The position numbers and the translations under genes are program-made. From Catajapyx aquilonaris (taxonomy: Eukaryota), in NCBI GenBank assembly GCA_000934665.2, contig JYFJ02003402.1, forward strand, positions 1 through 42,362: a DNA stretch of 42,362 nucleotides, written 5' to 3'. Below the pieces are notes generated by a model, which saw nothing but the letters and a program-made list of their open reading frames with translations, did not search any database and was not told the origin of the DNA. Positions 34,851-42,362 of this stretch are shown one piece after another (the stretch's first letter is position 1; the number at the start of each line of letters is the position of its first letter).

Positions 34851-36395
34851 TTCTTCCATACTCCTATACATATATGCGCGTTATTATTTGCATGCCATGT
34901 GTGTGCCGATGTTGAGCTGCCCCTCTGGTGTGGTCCTCCGACTTCCGAGCATATGCTGCCAACGTTCCGGGTTGTCGGTTGCACGGTATACGAGCCTGGA
35001 GGGTCATCAATTCAGCTCAGGAACGGACGTAAAAAGGGGGTCCAATATTGCTGTTTGCACTGGTATTTAGCAGGGCGTGCGTTCACCAAATCCGGCCGGA
35101 TTTGCTCGGGAGGATACCAAAAAAGGGCATTTCAAGCCCGAAATTAGCGGATTACATAGTAGAGGTAAATTCAGTACGTGTTCTGGTACCGTGCAAGGTA
35201 CCCAATGAAGCGTCTGAAAAGAAACAAGGTGTCAAGTAGGGAGTTCGATGATGGCGGACTAGGAGGTTATTGACCCTCGGAACGTACGCAGGCTGAGCCT
35301 CACTCGTCATCCTCACTCGACGGATACAATAATAGCCATAGTCCGTCGCGAATGACGACACATGACCTATTTAAAGGTGACAGAAAATACCGCCAAGGTA
35401 CGCTTATGAGGGGGCGGCTTGTCCGCTCATTATTTACTTGTCAGATGTGTAGGGTGCTTCTACATCAAGTGCGACCTTCAGTCACATTCGAGGAATCAAG
35501 TCCCAGTATGAACCGACCGCTACTGCAGACAACCTTCAACATTATGGTCATTTTTAGCGAGCTGCCTGAAGTAATGCATTTCTTAAGTTATGGCAAAACT
35601 TTGTTAAGGCTACGGCGAAGTTTCCAAAGTTCCATAACGACCTCTTCAAGGATACTGTGCAAATGTGTAGAATAATTCCAAATGAAGTGTTACCCCTGAC
35701 TCTTAGGCAATTCTGTGAACAGGAAAGGCTGAAAAGTTGCCTGCAATGAAGGATAACACTTCAACTCGACACCGCTCGGTACTCTACCAACCTTGAACAT
35801 ATCGGAAAAGCCGAAGTTGGTACCGCCACTTGTCAAAAAAAGAAAACAGGAGCAAAAAAAAACATCTGATGCGCTTGTTCTCAGAAGAGCGTATCTGCCA
35901 GAATCCCTCAAGGCCGCACTTTTTCCCCATACACCCCGAGTCGCCTTTGGGACGCTCCGAATGACTGCCTATATTACTATTCGAGTGCCAAGTCCCAAAA
36001 TGGGTGTTGCACAACTCAAACCGTCCCCTTCTTGGGTCTGCGCTAATCCCTCCATAACCTTCCTCAACACCGCAGTATATACAGTACACGTTCCTCCTTT
36101 TTCAATCCTTCAGAAGTTGCGCCGATCGATCTATGTGCGATGTAACGGGAGGTCGGCCAAGTCAGTGACGACCACGCTAAGGAAAAGTAGAGTAACATAT
36201 ATACACCTTCTGCCAATGACATCAATCATGTTTATTATTAGCTGTAGACTTCCTCAATCCTACGCTACTACACCAGGCATTTTGTTATGAAGACGGTCAG
36301 CAGCAGGGGCGTTGAAAATCCACCTCATACGTACAAGCGGAGAAAATAAATAGAAACGCTGTGAATGCACCTCCCGTCCATGACATCAACCGATG

Positions 36396-36587
36396 CTATT
36401 ATTAGGTCCAACCGTGACCGAAAAGTCATATGTCGAAAACTGGCAGCCGTGGGTTTATACCTGTCAATGACATCGTGGCCGCCGCCTTTTGGCTGGAGAT
36501 TGACAAGGGCGTTGAAAATCTGGAATAGTGCATAGACGTAGCAAAGAGAAAGAAAGCAATGAGAAAAAGGAGCTGTGCTAAATATAG
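36396..36587. promoter_or_regulatory. Two MEF2 consensus sites
   Basis: CTATTATTAG (36396-36405) and CTAAATATAG (36578-36587) both match YTA(W)4TAR. Confidence 0.4.
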
Positions 36588-38109
36588 TCGTGGGCATCTG
36601 GATGGATGGCGGCCTCTCTCTCTTTCTCCTCGTTACGTCCCTGCCTGCCGCCATGACTCTCATCCAACTAACTGTAGGTGAGCAGAGCCGGATTAAAGCA
36701 GCCAAACACTTGCCTGGGGATATGGATAGCCTCCACCCCCCACACACCCTTCTTCCAAAAAAAGAGACGTTCATTCCCTCGGCATAGAGGCCCCCGCCTG
36801 CTTGGCCTGCTCATCATTTATAGACCACATACATATATGTTTCTGCGACGCGCATCGATTATTACCAGCGGAAAGAAGGTGAATGGACCTTCCTTCGCGC
36901 AGGTTGCTTGGTTGAGTGCGTGTGGGTAAATAAATGCCTTTGGCTGAGTTATTGGCTCTTCACACGAAGTTGCCACGTGATGGGCATGCTCTCGTTCTTG
37001 ACAGGCCTATTGACCCGACGACCGTGGCTGGGAGGAAGAGGAGGGGCTGCATGGGTATTTCATGTGCTGAGAGAGAGACACTATACTGGTTCAAAACGAG
37101 TGCTTGACATGTTTTATTGGGAATGGGTCGAGTCATTCAATAAGGACGGTGTCGTCGTTCATCTCCTGTACGCTGTCCAGCAAAGGCCAGCTGTGATCAC
37201 CAGAAATCCACCCCTGTTGGAGCAACAGAAAATACATTTTTAGTAACTGGCGGGCAAGTTGGCTGATCATCATTCCCTTTACTACATTCGCGTGAATTAA
37301 CAGTGAATGAAAGTGATTGACCTTAACCCACACATACCATATCAGAGTCATGAACGCCGGGTCTAGACGCCATGGTTTGTACTTGGTCACCAGGTATTGC
37401 TTGTTCTTCTGGAAAGCCTTCAGAACCTTCCTAGAGCTGCACGTCGTCGAAAGAAAAAAAGAAAATAGGAAGGAGGTGTTCTGGTGAGAGATTCCTCGAT
37501 GACGCCATTTTCAGTCATACAGGCTGACAGGATGACATCTTATCGAGCATTCTCCACATGCACTGCAGGGTACCGGCATACCGTACTGATATCGGAGTTC
37601 CAACCACCATATAAAGTGGTTGGGACTCCCCGGCGAAGAGGCAGTGCAGGTCGAGGTTGTACTAATCATAGCAGCAATGAAACACCCACCCACCCACCTT
37701 CCCACCCACCTAGCCCTTGTTCCTCCCCCACCCCTTCCCAGCCCAGCATCTCTATGGGAACATAGGTCCCAGGGGTGAGAAGAAAAATAATAATAATGTC
37801 CTTCGTAGGGAGGACACCCGCGGCAGGGGTGTGGAACCAACAGGAACTATAGAAAAGGTGGACATGCAATGGACACTTGCACACCCTCCCGTTCCTCTGG
37901 GTCTGGGCCTGCGAGTATATTTAAACTTCCCCCCACCCACCTTCCTCCCCATCTCCCCGTTTATCTCAAGCAAGAATGGTTGTAGAGAATTAAGGGTGCT
38001 CTTGTTCATTTCGCCCAGTTGCATCAAATGTACATTTTAGTTTCATGGCCCTTGCCGCTGCCAGCAATTAGTCCAAATCCTCTGTCGGCACCACCCCACA
38101 CTTACTCAC

Positions 38110-38350
38110 CTGCTTTCCGTGGCAAGGGCCAACAGTGCCCTCCGGTCACCCTTGGTACGAAGGTCAAGGCTTCCAAAATTGCGGAGCTCCTGCTGCAACT
38201 GAAACATGGCGCTTTTAATAGAGATTTGGCAATCCATCCGGGCGAGACCTGATGTATGGTCCATTGTCGCTGGCGGCCACATTGTTGGCTTCCCCAAAGG
38301 GAGGCCCACGGACGGGGTGGGCCGGGAGGGAGAAGGGGTGGTAGGTGAAA
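38110..38350 (-). other. Candidate non-coding SERCA first exon C (5' end approximate)
   Basis: Perfect donor CAG|GTGAGT at 38109; MEF2/TATA-like CTAAAATTAA at 38370-38379 upstream. Confidence 0.4.
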
Positions 38351-41300
38351 GGCAGCCAGAAAGTGGGGGCTAAAATTAAAGGCTGGCGAGAGGCGTCCAG
38401 AGGCCACAAGGCTTAATTATGGCCCAGCTCATCTCCTCTTACCCCCCTTCCCTTACCCCGCCCACGTTCCTTTTCAGCCTGCCGTTGCCTATCTACAAGC
38501 CCGGACAAGCTTTTTTACATAAGCCACTCTTCAGCACCCCTCCACTCCAAGCCTCGAGATTTTTCACGGCCAACACTTGGGGAGGGCTGGGGAAGTGGGG
38601 AAGGCACGGAGATAAATGGAGGTGCCAAGAACACCCGCAACCCAATAATACGCGACCCAAACCGACCCTACCCTGACCTCCCTCTGAAAAGAATTCGCAC
38701 AAAGCCCCATCCTTCACATCCTCGCGACAAGGACATTTTCACTGCCTACGCAACATGCGTGGTAATAATAACCCGAACGGTGTATGAGACCCGTCGGAAT
38801 GTTGTCCAACCCATCTAACTGTTGGCACCTCTAAATGATTCTACCCCTCTGAAGCAAACACTGATAAATACAAGGCTACAACAATATTTCCTTGGAATAC
38901 CCACACTCCTAAATGCGCGAATAAGCAAGTAATCCTTGGGCGCATTGTGGAGACTATTCAAGGATGACAATCCTTGGCCGGCGAACAATCCAATCCTCAA
39001 GGTGGGAGGCACCCCAAAAATGTGGCCGCAACCAGCAGGGTAAAAAGGGGCATTTTTACTTTGTAATGGAGATGGATAATGGGTGCATCGCTATTTCGGG
39101 TGCGTCCTGTGTCACTCTGACAGTCAGGCCTAATTCCATTGAAAAGTGAGCCAAGGTAGAGCCGTGCCACCCTGCAGCAGGCATCCCCACTAATTAAAGC
39201 ACCCGTGGCAGTACTATTGTATAAGTGGCATATATAGGACGAAGATGTCCCCAACAATAGGCTTGCGCTAAGACCACTTATTTCTCTCCTACTATATGCA
39301 AGTGCTAATCATTACTGGTACTTTTGCCAAAAACATGACGTAATGGGGCCCGAAGGGATCCCGAATAAGTTGGGGATGCGGCACATCTACACAAAAGTAA
39401 GTAAAAATAGAGTGGGAAAATTTGGTAGGTACTGTTTCCACCCATATTTCTTGCGATTTTTCGGGAACGGCTTTGTTATGCAACGGCTGTGAGTGGAGGG
39501 TAATGCACGGCATCTGAAATCGTTTGGAGTCGGACATTTGACGGTCTGCCCAGTATCATCCAAAAGGGGGTCATCGACTAATGGTGGTCTGCATTAGGCC
39601 CTGTACAGTACTACAACTACTATAGGTTCATGCCTAATGAAACCTAATAAAAATACCCTTTACCTGTCTACTAACATTAACAAGAGCTAGAAGAAAATTA
39701 CAGGTAGATAAAGTTTAAAATTCATAGATTCTTTTATGGTACAATGTGACATAGGGCGCTACATTTTTGCCTAATATCCATTTAGTAAAGGATTAGTTTT
39801 ATAACTTGCTGGCAAGAACTAAATTAGATGAGTAGAAATTCAGCCACTGAGTAAATGTAGAAGAAACTCTTTTCAATAGAAAACCTTTTATGTAAAATTG
39901 AACCATTGAAATAATTTTTACGCTTTATTGACTCCGCCTTATGCAACTTTCCATTAACCTTGCTTGTTTCAAACACATGACCAGCTGGGAGGGAAGACAC
40001 GAACTAATAAAATGCTCAGGAATCCCTGAGTAAATCGCAGTCCAAGATGGGGCTATATGTTAATGTGCCCAGGATTTCCAAGTGGGAAGGCCAGCCTTAA
40101 ATTACGTGGTGGACCACCAGAATACCTGTTGCACTTTACGAGAGAGTGGCATGAAAAGGGAGGAAAGTTTTTTTTTTTTGGGGGGGGGGGGTGGTGGTGG
40201 TGGTGAGAACTCTAGGGACTAGTTGTAATAGCAAAATATATTCTAAACAGCTAATATTTTGATAACCTAGAAATATATAATTATGTTCAAAAGTAACAGC
40301 CTTATCAATGCAATATGAGAAAAAAACCATTATCCATTATCCGATATTCAACTGGAACACACTGCGCAATGCTGAACTGTTCAGTACAAGAAATTTTCTT
40401 GGAACCAAGTCACTTTGCTATATACATGTTTCAGTGTAGTACTGTACCCTAGTCTTGTACAGTACGAACCTGTAAGTTACATTTCGCCACCAGTGTGTAC
40501 ATACTATGGCCTCATTATCCACAACAAACAAACCCAGTAACCGATGGCTAAACTAATAAATTGTCCCTCTCCTCAGCTAGCCCACATTACACTAGGTTCA
40601 CAAGGTTTATGAGGTGCAGCAGATGAAAAGAAGAGGTTGCATATCACCCATTGCAGATAATTTGAGGCTGTTCAGAGAGGGGTGGGGGAGGGGCCCACCC
40701 TCACCCCCCCTATACCCTCTCTCCTCCACCATCAGAGGCACCTGCTCCAAATGTTTGTGGATTGGCGTCACAAGCTGCCTTCCTGCCAAGATTCACTGGT
40801 GACTGATCGCCACAAATTATTTTGGGACTCCACTGCTTGTTGCAGATGCAGACTGTGATGTAACAACACACAGACTCTATACTACAATCATCCCTGCAGC
40901 TACAATCCTTGGGCCCATAATACACATCCCATAACACAACCGTTACTTGTGCCATGAACCACAATGATACTGTGCCGTACTACTGTACATAACTGCATTC
41001 CAGCACATAGTCCAATTGAGTGGTACGTTGCCAGTTGTGTAACATTATTGCTAGATGGCACAAATTCACATTCTCTCAAGTGCTCAAAGTTCCAGACACA
41101 AAGGCGCATTCAGCATGCTCTAAACTTGTCAAAATAGAAAGAGAGTGTAAAAAAAAAAAATTGGCAAAAATCCCCAACTCTTGAGAATGCAACCCAACCT
41201 GGGCTGCATCTCGCATCATTCTCAGGGGTCGGCCTTTTTTTCTGACATGGATTTGGTTGGCATTGGTCTGTTGCGCCGAAATTAACTGGCTTCAAAATGT

Positions 41301-42324
41301 CCACCTAACACGCTACACGTGGAGACTCTGAAGCCAGGAAAGCAGAGGTTAACTTGGGCATAGGCTGAAATACACCTTTAAATCTGTGGACTTGGCTGGG
41401 TTTCAAACTTGCCTGCTTCTTGTTGAGTTTATCAAGGACACTTGCAGCCTGCCTTTGAATTGGAACATGATAAAGTCATTGTGCATACTCTGCTTAATAT
41501 CAGTATGACGCTCAAGTTTGACGTTGTATAAGTTTGCAAAATCTTCCATATTAATTTTTTGCATCCATTGACAAGGACCATGACATAAACCTGTTCAAAA
41601 TTTTTTTTAGTGACAACCTGGACCATCAGAGAAAAAGTGTTCGATCCATGGAAAGCAGTAGCAATTTTACATTTATTTCCAGTTCCTCTTCCCTTATGCT
41701 TTCTCTAGCGGCACCAAAAAGAATACTAAAAATATACAGGTACTAGTTATAAGCAGTCTTCCCTCTTCTCTCAAAACCACTGCGAAATACTAAGTGCCGA
41801 GGTGTTTATCAGTAGCCGTTTTGGGTGTGATCATATCATGTCTGAAGGAAGCGAGATGCACCCATGCAAGGAGATGGGAATCATGCAATTAAATGTGGAT
41901 ATATGAGTGTGCCATTCCCTGGATGCGTGCTAGTACTTCAATATACTCCTATGCCGAGGGCTTGCCAGTGAAGATTACGCCACAAGCATTCCTCTCATAT
42001 GAATGCGTGTTGCCATCGTTACACAACTGCACTTGGCACTGCCAATCTACACTTTTTGGACCACTAGGAGGCACCATCTTCCCAAATACTCAAACAGATG
42101 AATCACATTTAGTACTTACCCTTCCGAGATCAAGCTTTCCCTTGCCTAGGTACTGGATTTCAAGCCACTCTGGCCGTGTGCTGTCTGGTTCCTGACCCAC
42201 AAGGTCCTTTACACATTTAGAAAAAAAAAGAAAAAAGTATCCAATTAAAAGTCTGTCATTCCTGTACTACTTGCCCTGATCTGAAAATATTGGGACACCC
42301 CCAAAAAATGGAGTGGTGGGGTTA

Positions 42325-42362
42325 TACACAGGATGTGATAAAAAGTTTCCATTAAGATTATC
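42325..42362. mobile_element. Possible left end of a Tc1/mariner-type element running off the window
   Basis: TA-CACAGGATGTGATAAAAAGTTTCC resembles mariner-like TIR starts; the partner TIR is not in the window. Confidence 0.25.

Noticed and set aside
38113..38126. X-box-like CTTTCCGTGGCAAG
   Set aside because: It lacks the terminal G and C of the palindrome and is not next to a ciliary gene.

Overview
Eukaryotic (arthropod, probably insect) genomic DNA with short introns. It holds four complete multi-exon genes whose reading frames I reassembled by hand: ANKMY2 (-, 3893-6196, 4 coding exons, 428 aa), UBE3B HECT ligase (-, 8070-13080, 9 coding exons, 1113 aa), a CCDC157-like coiled-coil gene (+, 14840-17736, 5 exons, 737 aa) and the SERCA Ca2+ pump (-, ATG 31408, 8 common coding exons plus alternative C-terminal exons down to 19813, with candidate non-coding first exons out to ~38.4 kb). 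A possible fifth gene runs off the left edge. Repeats include two recent copies of a tRNA-derived SINE (poly-A tails, TSDs), a V-SINE-like element and several MITEs, two of them with nested insertions. The most notable observations are: (i) up to five alternative SERCA C-termini from one donor; (ii) an ERSE-type CCAAT-N9-CCACA next to a perfect GGTCACGTGACC palindrome at one SERCA promoter; (iii) two GC-AG introns in UBE3B, one with a competing stop-introducing GT donor; (iv) SINE copies with conserved stems and swapped loops; (v) RFX X-boxes at the cilia-associated genes. I found no evidence of a prokaryote-type novel system; all splice and regulatory calls are predictions from sequence alone.
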